From a virus: a DNA stretch of 62,786 bases. The position numbers were made by a program, and so were the translations under genes. The notes below the pieces were generated by a model that had not been told where the DNA came from, did not search any database, and saw nothing but the letters and a program-made list of their open reading frames with translations. The stretch spans positions 1 through 62,786 of the IMG/VR virus record IMGVR_UViG_3300035429_000044; one strand, given 5' to 3'. Each line of letters opens with the position of its first letter. Position 1 is the first letter of the stretch. Below, one piece after another: positions 1 to 6,912 of the stretch.

Positions 1-27
1 GTGCCCCCGGTGGGACTCGAACCCACA
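1..27. repeat. att core repeat, integrase-distal copy (orphan tRNA 3'-end fragment)
   Basis: gtgcccccggtgggactcgaacccaca is identical to 62760..62786. On the minus strand it reads as T-arm plus acceptor 3' strand (GTGGGTTCGAGTCCCACCGGGGGCA). No matching 5' acceptor strand (GCCCCCG) occurs in the next 100 nt, so this is not a full tRNA. The repeat length is window-limited. Confidence 0.85.
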
Positions 28-164
28 TGCAGGGGTTCGGCCCACCCCGTCGGAATCGTTGGGATTCGGCGGTTTTCCCTTGCGGGAGTAAGGTTCATGC
101 GCCCTCGGCCACTTTTCCAGAGTTTACCCGTTTTTACCTGTTTTGACCGTGGTTTGCGTTTTTT

Positions 165-186
165 TGTGTCCAAACTGTGTCCAAAC
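165..186 (+). promoter_or_regulatory. Tandem 11-mers TGTGTCCAAAC x2; putative integrase arm-type binding sites (distal arm)
   Basis: This is a perfect tandem duplication preceded by a T7 run. A near-identical pair (CGTGTCCAAAC TGTGGCCAAAC, also after a T-run) lies at 62667..62688 on the other side of the att core, in the same orientation. Confidence 0.5.
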
Positions 187-254
187 AGTCTGGGTACGCG
201 CCTAAAACTGCCGCCTCGGTCAAGCTCCTATATATATAGCATAGCCGGTGACAC

Positions 255-788
255 CTATCCGGCCACGCTCGTCGCGGGCAGCAGTCCGGTCTCGATGAGT
301 TCGAGTGTGCCGAGCAGGGCGCCATTGACCGCTCTCATGCGTGGATCTGCGAGCATCTCGTCGAGCGTCCACCACGTGCAGTCGTGCCCGGAGACGTCGA
401 ACTCGAAATGGTCGAGGCGGTGGAACTCGGTCTCCCCCTCCCAGTCGTCCATGTCGATGAGGTAGTGGTTGATCACGCAGTCGTGCTCGTAATCCTCGAC
501 TGGGTCGATGTCGTAAAACCCGATCGTGTAGATGTAGTGGCGCGGCACGTCGTCGTGTTCGGGGCATGGTTTGTAGCTATCGACTATGAGCGTTGGTGGC
601 ACGCGGTAGTAGCGGAATGGCATGCATGGCAGGTAGTCGATGGCCAATGTGCCCTGCGCATGCTCTGGGGTGTCTGGCTCGTGGATGGTTTGGTTGGGCA
701 GGAGCCAGCTGTCCCAGTCGTCGTCCCAGGTGAGCAGGATCCGGCCGGAGTTGCGGATGATGGCTATGGCGCTCTCGATGGTTTTCAT
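255..788 (-). CDS. Hypothetical protein, Nudix-fold-like with a degenerate Nudix box
   Basis: 177-aa ORF with an ATG start. The N-terminus (AIAIIRNSGRILLTWDD..WLLPNQTIHEPDTPEHAQ) follows the usual Nudix beta-strand/loop pattern. The REUXEE catalytic box is absent (GTLAIDYL instead). Confidence 0.55.
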   Translation of the reverse strand: MKTIESAIAIIRNSGRILLTWDDDWDSWLLPNQTIHEPDTPEHAQGTLAIDYLPCMPFRYYRVPPTLIVDSYKPCPEHDDVPRHYIYTIGFYDIDPVEDYEHDCVINHYLIDMDDWEGETEFHRLDHFEFDVSGHDCTWWTLDEMLADPRMRAVNGALLGTLELIETGLLPATSVAG

Positions 789-819
789 GGGTCCATTGTC
801 TCATGGCGCGACACGCCGT

Positions 820-851
820 CGGTTACTAAAAGTAACCGAATGTGTTATAGT
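820..851 (+). promoter_or_regulatory. Promoter with overlapping palindromic operator for the 909..3502 module
   Basis: There is a perfect inverted repeat cggttact-aaa-agtaaccg (820..838). The -35-like TTACTA (823..828), a 17-nt spacer and the -10 TATAGT (846..851) lie in the divergent intergenic region. Confidence 0.5.
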
Positions 852-908
852 GGTAATCACAAGGAGGAAGCACAAGGCAGGCCTCCACAGAGCAGAAAGG
901 CTCCGATC

Positions 909-1199
909 ATGACCACCTTCACCACCGACATCGAGACCATGGTCCGCGACTACGCCGGCGACTTCGCCAACGATTTCGACATCGACGCCATCGTCGACGA
1001 GTACATCGAGAAGTTCGACGCCCAGATCAAGGACGGCATGTGCAGCCTCCACGCCGACGGGTCCATCACCGACTGGGATTGGGCCAATGAACCCGGCTGG
1101 GACGAGCGCCACATCCCCACCGGGGAGGAGATCGACGAGATCAGCGACTCCATCGACCTCGACGCTCTCATGGCGGCCCATGACATCTCCAATAACTGA
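909..1199 (+). CDS. Small, very acidic hypothetical protein (96 aa; 26 D/E vs 4 K/R)
   Basis: An internal ATG of track ORF 384..1199 with an upstream purine-rich stretch (agaaagg). The composition is DNA-mimic-like. It is followed by a hairpin. Confidence 0.65.
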   Translation: MTTFTTDIETMVRDYAGDFANDFDIDAIVDEYIEKFDAQIKDGMCSLHADGSITDWDWANEPGWDERHIPTGEEIDEISDSIDLDALMAAHDISNN

Positions 1200-1207
1200 T
1201 CCACACC

Positions 1208-1231
1208 GGGGCGGGGTCTACACCCCGCCCC
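1208..1231 (+). terminator. GC hairpin plus short T tract after the acidic ORF (terminator/attenuator)
   Basis: ggggcgggg-tctaca-ccccgcccc is followed by tttcc. Confidence 0.45.
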
Positions 1232-1256
1232 TTTCCATACGCGAAAGGCCACTGGC

Positions 1257-1928
1257 ATGCCTACACACAAGTCATACAATCAGCGGGCGCTCATCGCGCT
1301 CGGCACCGCTATCAGCCGCCTGTACGGCGCGCTCTACACCAGCGGCGACGCATACACGCGCGACGACGCCAAACTCATCTCCGCCGCATTGCGCCGCACG
1401 GACCGCGACGAACTGCTCAACGAGGCCATCGCCCACACCGGACGGCAGGACAACGGGCTACGCGAGCTCGAACTGTTCGTCGACGACGAACTGCAGCGGG
1501 ACGGGTTCGATCCGTTCGAGTCCCTCCCGGCCGCCGAACGCCGCCTGACCCCGGCCGAATTCAAATGCCTGCGCACTTCACTGGGATTGACGACGAAATG
1601 GCTCGCCGACCGGTGGGACGTCGCCGAATTCTCCGTCAAACGCTGGGAACGTGCGCGCATGCTGCCCGAGGAATTCAGCGAGGACATGCTCGGGTTGCGC
1701 CAGTGGTTCCTCGATGAGGTCGCCCAGCGCGAGGCGTGCGTGGCGGATTCCATCTCGGTGCCACGCACCGACCGCGACACCGATCTGGGTTTCCCGGCGG
1801 CATGGTGGCAACTGATAGCGTGGCGCGTACATGAGGATACCGGCCAGACGATCCTCTTCTACGACGATTTCACCGAGGACCTCGAACCCGAACCCGATGA
1901 CCTGGAGGACGGTGATGGCGATGAGTAG
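1257..1928 (+). CDS. HTH protein with Aca2/DUF1870-like central domain, extra N-terminal domain and acidic tail
   Basis: 223 aa. The segment LTPAEFKCLRTSLGLTTKWLADRWDVAEFSVKRWERARMLPEEFSEDMLGL matches the pattern I recall for Aca2/YdiL-type HTH proteins (ELxxIRxxLxL..A....VS.RSWxxWE.G....P..V...ML.L). Confidence 0.6.
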   Translation: MPTHKSYNQRALIALGTAISRLYGALYTSGDAYTRDDAKLISAALRRTDRDELLNEAIAHTGRQDNGLRELELFVDDELQRDGFDPFESLPAAERRLTPAEFKCLRTSLGLTTKWLADRWDVAEFSVKRWERARMLPEEFSEDMLGLRQWFLDEVAQREACVADSISVPRTDRDTDLGFPAAWWQLIAWRVHEDTGQTILFYDDFTEDLEPEPDDLEDGDGDE

Positions 1929-2663
1929 GCGCCATGCGAAACCACGCCTGAGCCCTATCTGGATGCCATATTTGCGCGACAAACTCGCCGATCATCTGGA
2001 CCATCCGCCATTGCCGTTCCACCATGTGACGGACTACCAGCGTGAGCTGGCCGGCGCCTGGAGTAATGGCGACGGACTGCGCCACTCGCCCATGTGGTGG
2101 GTCAGCCGTGACATGACCACCCTCGCCGTGCACACCGCGCTGCACGAGGATCCACCCGAAGTGGATCCGCCATCGGCGACGGGTTTCATCCTGTTCGATG
2201 GTGGCCTCGACCTGACCGGAGCACCGGACACGCCACTCGCGCATATCGTCGGCCTACGGTGGGCCGTGGAGACCTCAGCGGACGGAGCGGACCATGTGGG
2301 CATGGAGATGTTCTCCGACGATCCGGGCGTCCGCGAGCTCATGCAATGTCCCCTGCCGCTCGTCCCGATGCCCCGGAGCGTCGCCAATGACGCCGCGTTC
2401 GTTCGGGAGGCGAATGTGTTCGAGCGGGTCCTGCGGGCGGTGTGGGCATTGAGCGCCGAACCGACCGTGTGCACCGTCGACCGGCCGAACCGGCCAGACA
2501 GGCTCGACCCATTGCCGCCGCGCATGGTCGACGACGCCGTGCGTGACGTGCGTATGGCAAAAACCATGAATTGCGCCGACGCCAATGGATCCCCCCATTC
2601 GTCAAGGGGCCCGCCGACAAACCACTGATCGCGAAAGAGACGGTGCGCATATGGCGGCGATGA
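1915..2663 (+). pseudogene. Internally deleted, frame-shifted paralogue of 40058..40930
   Basis: An ATG at 1915 has a GGAGGA RBS and overlaps the upstream stop. In frame 1 it aligns with the island paralogue (e.g. LRAVWALSAEPTVCTVDRPNRPDRL vs LRTMFALWAEPRVCEVGEPRPERL) up to ..DVR at about 2552. The conserved C-terminus AYGKNHELRRRQWIPPFVKGPADKPLIAKETVRIWRR* continues in another frame (2550..2663). About 35 codons, including the HRFIVSGHWR block, are missing. Confidence 0.6.
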
Positions 2664-3502
2664 GCCTGGACGAGGTGATCGCCGCGTACCTGCTGCCATA
2701 CGACGGGCAGACCTACAAGCAATACCGCAGCGCGCTGCGCGCGTGGCTGCGCTGGTGCGACCTGAACGACATCGACCCCCTGCATGCGAGCCGCTCGCAT
2801 ATCGAGGCGTATTGCCAGTGGCTTGGGCGTGCGCACCCGACTGGCACCGTGCGCGACAATGTCGGGGCGGTACGCAGATTCTACCGGTTCCTCACCGAGG
2901 AAGAGGTCATCGCCCGCGATCCGGGAGCCGGTGTGCGCCTGCCCCGCAAATACCGGCGCTCGACCGGTAGCTTCCTCACCGTCGAACAGGCGCGCGCGTT
3001 CCTCGCCGTCGCCCACGGCATGGGGAGGCAGGAATACGCATTATGCGCGCTGCTGCTGCTGGCCGGGCCGCGCATCAGCGAGGCCCTCAGGCTCGACGTC
3101 GAGGATTTCGACCGGGAGACCTCGACCCTGCGCTACCACCGCAAAGGCCACTACAAGCAGACGGTGCGCGCATGCAGCGCGGTCGCGAGCGCACTGCGGG
3201 CACATATCGGCGGACGCCGGCATGGTCCGATGTTCCGCGCCCCGCGTGGCGGCAGGCTGCGAGCGGACGACGCGCGAAACACAGTGCGCCTGATCGGCGC
3301 GCATGTGGGACGGCCGGACATCACGCCGCATTCATTGCGGCGTACATTCTGCACGCTCGCGCTGGACGCTGGCGTGGCGGAGCGTGACATCATGGCCGCC
3401 TGCGGCTGGGGCACGACCGCGATGGTCGCATACTATGACATGGCCAATCGTGCGGTCACCCAACAGGTCGGCGATGGGGTCGCCGGCCTGATCGGCCTAT
3501 GA
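2651..3502 (+). CDS. Small tyrosine recombinase (XerC/D-like, no arm-binding domain)
   Basis: Catalytic motifs are visible: ..LLLAGPRISEALRL.. (Arg I), HSLRRTF (His-x-x-Arg), GWGTTAMVAYYDM (Trp/Tyr). ATGs are present at 2651 and 2660. The 2660 ATG forms an ATGA overlap with the ancestral stop of the upstream paralogue. Confidence 0.85.
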   Translation: MAAMSLDEVIAAYLLPYDGQTYKQYRSALRAWLRWCDLNDIDPLHASRSHIEAYCQWLGRAHPTGTVRDNVGAVRRFYRFLTEEEVIARDPGAGVRLPRKYRRSTGSFLTVEQARAFLAVAHGMGRQEYALCALLLLAGPRISEALRLDVEDFDRETSTLRYHRKGHYKQTVRACSAVASALRAHIGGRRHGPMFRAPRGGRLRADDARNTVRLIGAHVGRPDITPHSLRRTFCTLALDAGVAERDIMAACGWGTTAMVAYYDMANRAVTQQVGDGVAGLIGL

Positions 3503-3526
3503 CCTGCGAGCGCCCTATAGAAACGC

Positions 3527-3580
3527 AAAAACAGCCCCGCTCCTCTCACCATGGTTGGCGAGTGGGGCGGGGCTGTTTTT
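3527..3580. terminator. Bidirectional hairpin terminator between convergent recombinase and methyltransferase genes
   Basis: aaaaacagccccgc ... gcggggctgttttt has an A-run on one side and a T-run on the other. Confidence 0.7.
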
Positions 3581-3651
3581 CTCAGAATTCTTGGAATAAT
3601 ACCATAATTCTGGGGTTATTCCGGGATTCCCGAGTGTCTCCCTAGTATTCC

Positions 3652-4452
3652 CTAGTCATGTGTTTTGTTGAGTGTGTCGATGATGGCGTGCTCCCGTGGT
3701 GAGAGCGTCCAGACGAAATCGTTGGCCGCTTTGGCCGCTTTGGCCGCTTTGGCCGCTTTGGCCGCTTTGGCCGCTTTGGCGTACCGTGCCTGCAATGCGT
3801 GGCTCATGAGGAACCCGTTGCCGAAGATGCTTTTGCCGGCTGTTTTTTGGCTGTCGAGCCTGCTGATGCGAGCCACCTCGCTGCGGGAGATGCGCAGGTC
3901 GATTCCGTAATGGTCGAGCTGGCCGACCCGGCTGACGGTGAGCACCTCGCCCGGATATTGGTATGACGGCAATGGCGTGGGCTTGTGCGCGTCCTGCACG
4001 GCGCTGATCGCCTGTGACAGGCCGGGCGCGGTGCGAATGAAATCGTCGCCCAATGTGGTGAGAAACGCGGTCTTGACCTTCGCGCCGTTCTCATAGACGA
4101 TCGTCGTGTCGGTGACGATGTGGTTGACCGGAATGTCTGCGCTGAAATTGGTCAGGTATGGTGCGAAGAGAAAAAAATCGATATCATGCTCGAGGTACCA
4201 TCGGCAGATCTTCGAGAGGATGCTGAATGGCGGATTGTCGATGACGACGCACTCCGCCGGGTAGGTTTCGTGCTGGTAGTCGCCACCCGGCCAGAACGGG
4301 CGCACAACCGGCCTGCCCTGGATCCCGTATTCGTCGCTCACCCATTGCAGGACCGTGGCATACACATCGGGGGGGGTATAGCAGTCATCCGTGGTTTTCT
4401 TCGGTTTGAATTTGTCGACGAACGCCTCGTACTCCAGTTCGCCCTGCTCCAT
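3652..4452 (-). CDS. Orphan N6-adenine DNA methyltransferase (EcoRI-methylase-like family, tentative)
   Basis: 266 aa. It has the motif IV-like VIDNPPFS and the N-terminal KKTTDDCYTPPDVY. There is an AAGGAG RBS. No adjacent restriction gene is present. Confidence 0.7.
   Translation of the reverse strand: MEQGELEYEAFVDKFKPKKTTDDCYTPPDVYATVLQWVSDEYGIQGRPVVRPFWPGGDYQHETYPAECVVIDNPPFSILSKICRWYLEHDIDFFLFAPYLTNFSADIPVNHIVTDTTIVYENGAKVKTAFLTTLGDDFIRTAPGLSQAISAVQDAHKPTPLPSYQYPGEVLTVSRVGQLDHYGIDLRISRSEVARISRLDSQKTAGKSIFGNGFLMSHALQARYAKAAKAAKAAKAAKAAKAANDFVWTLSPREHAIIDTLNKTHD
3724..3780 (-). repeat. In-frame 9-bp tandem repeat (ggccgcttt x6) encoding (KAA)6 inside the methyltransferase
   Basis: Six perfect units plus a partial unit are read directly from the sequence. 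The protein reads YAKAAKAAKAAKAAKAAKAAND. Confidence 0.95.
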
Positions 4453-4483
4453 ATCGCAAATCTCCTTGGTGGTGTGGGGTATA

Positions 4484-4523
4484 TGAGAAAAGCCGCGGCA
4501 CCACTGGATTGTGATGCCGCGGC
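4484..4523 (-). terminator. Intrinsic terminator after the holin gene
   Basis: The 8-bp palindromic stems gccgcggc (4492..4499 and 4516..4523) are followed on the minus strand by TTTTCTC. Confidence 0.6.
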
Positions 4524-4545
4524 ATGTGTGGTCAGGTCACACGGG

Positions 4546-4878
4546 CTAGTCCCGCGTGTCCGTAATGGTGGCGATGCTGGAACCGTCGTCGACTTCGGGT
4601 ATGCCGGCAATGCTCGTGAGCAGGCTCAATACGCCGCCCATGAGGGCAACGCTCAACACATTCATCCAGTCGGCTTGCATGAGGCCGATCGCGCCGGTAC
4701 CGAGCACGCCGATCGCGGCCTGCGCCATGGTTTTGAGCGCGCGGATCAGGGCGGCGCGCACCCACACGCGCGTCGGACTCGGCGTAGGTTCACGCGTGGG
4801 CAGACTGTCGGGGAGCGCCTGGTCAGTGTCGTCTGGCGTGTGGTGGTCATGCAGGGTGTCGAGCGCTTCGTTGCTCAT
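4546..4878 (-). CDS. Holin
   Basis: 110 aa with two hydrophobic helices (AAIGVLGTGAIGL; VLSVALMGGVLSLLTSIAG). It lies immediately downstream of the endolysin. Confidence 0.7.
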   Translation of the reverse strand: MSNEALDTLHDHHTPDDTDQALPDSLPTREPTPSPTRVWVRAALIRALKTMAQAAIGVLGTGAIGLMQADWMNVLSVALMGGVLSLLTSIAGIPEVDDGSSIATITDTRD

Positions 4879-4886
4879 GCTGCCTC

Positions 4887-5876
4887 CTAGTCGATTTTGA
4901 GTACCTGACCGGGGTAGATCAGGTTGGGGTTGCTGATGCCGTTTTTCGCGGCGAGAGCCTGATAGGTTGTGCCATAGCGTGCGGCGATTGAGCTGAGGTT
5001 GTCCCCCGCGCGCACGGTGTACGTGCGGGCGGCCGGCTTGGAGGCTGCACTGCCGCCGTTGATGGTCAACACCTCGCCGGGGTAGATCAGGTTGGGGTTG
5101 CCGGAGCGGTAGCCGCTGATGGCGCTGGTGGATACACCGAGCTTGGCTGCGATACCAGAGAGCGTGTCACCAGCCTGCACGGTGTACGTGCGACCCGAGG
5201 GCTTTGCGGCGGGGGCCGGTTTTGCCGGGGCTGCGGGCTTCGACGGTGCAGCGGCGGGCTTGCTTCCGCTCTTCGCCGCATACTTCATCCACGCGTTGCG
5301 GTCCATGTACGCGATATTCAAATCGAGGTTGCCGCCGTAGCCGGGCAGACGGCCAGCGCTCGTGTACTGGCGGATCGCGCACGCATACGCGCCCTCATTC
5401 CACGGGTGCGCCTGATAGCCGGTGGGGTCGTTGCTCGCGTACTGGGCGATCCACAAACCGCAGTCGAGTTTCTTGGCGACCGTGGCGACCTGCGCGTAGC
5501 GGGACGCCATCGAGTAGATCAATGGTTTGACGCCGGTACGTTCGATGACACGACGCACGAGCTGCTCGAGATACGCCTCGTTGCCCCACGCGCCGTTCTG
5601 TTCGGCCTCCCAGTCGATCGCGAGGATCGCCTCGCCGATGTAGCCCTTGATGTTATCGACGAAGTAATCGGCTTCCGCCTGTGCGTTGCCGCCGGCGACG
5701 TAGTGGTAGACGCCGAGCAGTCGGCCGGCCTTTTTGGCCTGCTGGTACTGGCGGTCGCAATCGGGGCTGATGTAGTTCGTGCCCTGTGTGGCTTTCATGA
5801 TGACGAAATCGGCCGGGACCGCAGCCAAGTCGATGCCGGCCTGCCAGTTCGACACGTCGATGCCGTTCATGGTCAT
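4887..5876 (-). CDS. Endolysin: GH25 muramidase plus two LysM domains
   Basis: The N-terminus [37 protein letters not shown] is GH25-like. Two C-terminal repeats YTVxAGDxLSxIAA...NLIYPGxVL are LysM-like. Confidence 0.9.
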   Translation of the reverse strand: MTMNGIDVSNWQAGIDLAAVPADFVIMKATQGTNYISPDCDRQYQQAKKAGRLLGVYHYVAGGNAQAEADYFVDNIKGYIGEAILAIDWEAEQNGAWGNEAYLEQLVRRVIERTGVKPLIYSMASRYAQVATVAKKLDCGLWIAQYASNDPTGYQAHPWNEGAYACAIRQYTSAGRLPGYGGNLDLNIAYMDRNAWMKYAAKSGSKPAAAPSKPAAPAKPAPAAKPSGRTYTVQAGDTLSGIAAKLGVSTSAISGYRSGNPNLIYPGEVLTINGGSAASKPAARTYTVRAGDNLSSIAARYGTTYQALAAKNGISNPNLIYPGQVLKID

Positions 5877-5904
5877 AATGACCCTCCTTGATTGTGATTA
5901 GATA

Positions 5905-5937
5905 TGAAAAAGGCCGCAGCGGGGTTGCTGTGGCCTT
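5905..5937 (-). terminator. Intrinsic terminator upstream of the endolysin gene
   Basis: On the minus strand, aaggccacagc-aaccccg-ctgcggcctt is followed by TTTTT. It separates the tail-fibre region from the lysis cassette. Confidence 0.55.
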
Positions 5938-5955
5938 ATGGCTTGTTGATGGCGG

Positions 5956-6393
5956 TTAGTAGTCGCCTTCGTCGGTTTCGTCGCACATGCGGCTGGTCGT
6001 GTCGCCGCCGGGCGGCACGCTGGGCAGGCGGCGGATGTCCTCGATCATTTCGGTGCCGGTCCCGTTGCCACCGATCGAGTGGTAGGCGGCGTACAACCGT
6101 TCGAGGACGTGTTTCTCGTTGGGATGCAGCCAACCGTGGCGCATCGCGTTCTCGTGCCGTTCACGGATACGCAGGTAGGCGAGCTCTACGACGGCGTTGT
6201 TCAACGCGTCGAGCTTGTCCGCCAACGTGGACAGGTCAATCTGCCGGTTCAGTTCCTCGATGCGCTTAACGAGTTTGTCCACGTCCACGGCCGGGTGACG
6301 CCGGTCGAAACGGTTGAGCAGCCATGTGGTGATACTGCTCGCGCCGATACCGGCCGCCAACCCCGCCAACGCGGTGAGGCTCTCGATATTCAA
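5956..6393 (-). CDS. Hypothetical membrane-anchored protein (possible holin-associated)
   Basis: 145 aa with an N-terminal hydrophobic segment (LTALAGLAAGIGASSITTWLL), a coiled-coil middle and an acidic tail. Confidence 0.6.
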   Translation of the reverse strand: MNIESLTALAGLAAGIGASSITTWLLNRFDRRHPAVDVDKLVKRIEELNRQIDLSTLADKLDALNNAVVELAYLRIRERHENAMRHGWLHPNEKHVLERLYAAYHSIGGNGTGTEMIEDIRRLPSVPPGGDTTSRMCDETDEGDY

Positions 6394-6438
6394 AGATTCA
6401 ATTCACCTCCCCTCCCCCAAATTGAAATCAAGACGCGT

Positions 6439-6912
6439 TCACAATTCCCATGGGCCGGTCTGCCCGGCTTGCGCGTCGCGTGGCCCCGCAAGCCACGGAT
6501 GGGTGATGTCGCCATTTTGATAGAGCGCGTACAGGCGCTCCCAATCCTCCGGGCTGTAGCAGCCGGCCTCCTGCAACACGAACGGGCCGTTGCGGAGCCA
6601 GATGGCATGATTACCGACTAATCCGTCAGCGACCCGTGCCGCTACCCATCCATTACGCCGCACCAATAACGACGCAGCTTCGATATCCATCCCGTCCAAC
6701 ACCGCTTGTTTGCTCGATGTGACACGCGCGTAGAGCACCTTGCCGGCCAAGAACTGGTTTGTCAGGCCATTCCATGCGAACACACTGCCACTCGACGAGT
6801 CGGCACTGAGCTCATACCGCCATTTCTCACCATTGGCAGTAGCACCACCGTTCCACGTTGTGCGTTGACGCAAACACCGCGGGTCGGGATGCAGATTCCT
6901 GATCTCGTTCAC
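6439..6912 (-). CDS. Hypothetical protein, tail-fibre region
   Basis: 157 aa. A GTG start forms a GTGA overlap with the upstream stop. Confidence 0.6.
   Translation of the reverse strand: MNEIRNLHPDPRCLRQRTTWNGGATANGEKWRYELSADSSSGSVFAWNGLTNQFLAGKVLYARVTSSKQAVLDGMDIEAASLLVRRNGWVAARVADGLVGNHAIWLRNGPFVLQEAGCYSPEDWERLYALYQNGDITHPWLAGPRDAQAGQTGPWEL

Noticed and set aside
1-100. Possibility that the left end holds a complete tRNA gene
   Set aside because: Only the T-arm and acceptor 3' strand are present. The required 5' acceptor strand (GCCCCCG) and an anticodon arm cannot be found in the following 100 nt.
2547-2628. Programmed -1 frameshift at the A5 run (2559..2563) to rescue the truncated paralogue
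   Set aside because: Homology in the shifted frame (AYG..) begins upstream of the A-run, about 35 conserved codons are missing, and the heptamer is not X_XXY_YYZ. A deletion is the simpler explanation. I keep it only as a remote possibility.
3534-3651. AT-rich stretch after the second recombinase as a dif-like or inversion site
   Set aside because: Only a 7-bp inverted repeat with a 19-nt spacer (ggaataa..ttattcc) is present, which does not fit the usual 11-13-bp arms around a 6-8-bp spacer. I mention it as a place to look but do not call it a site.
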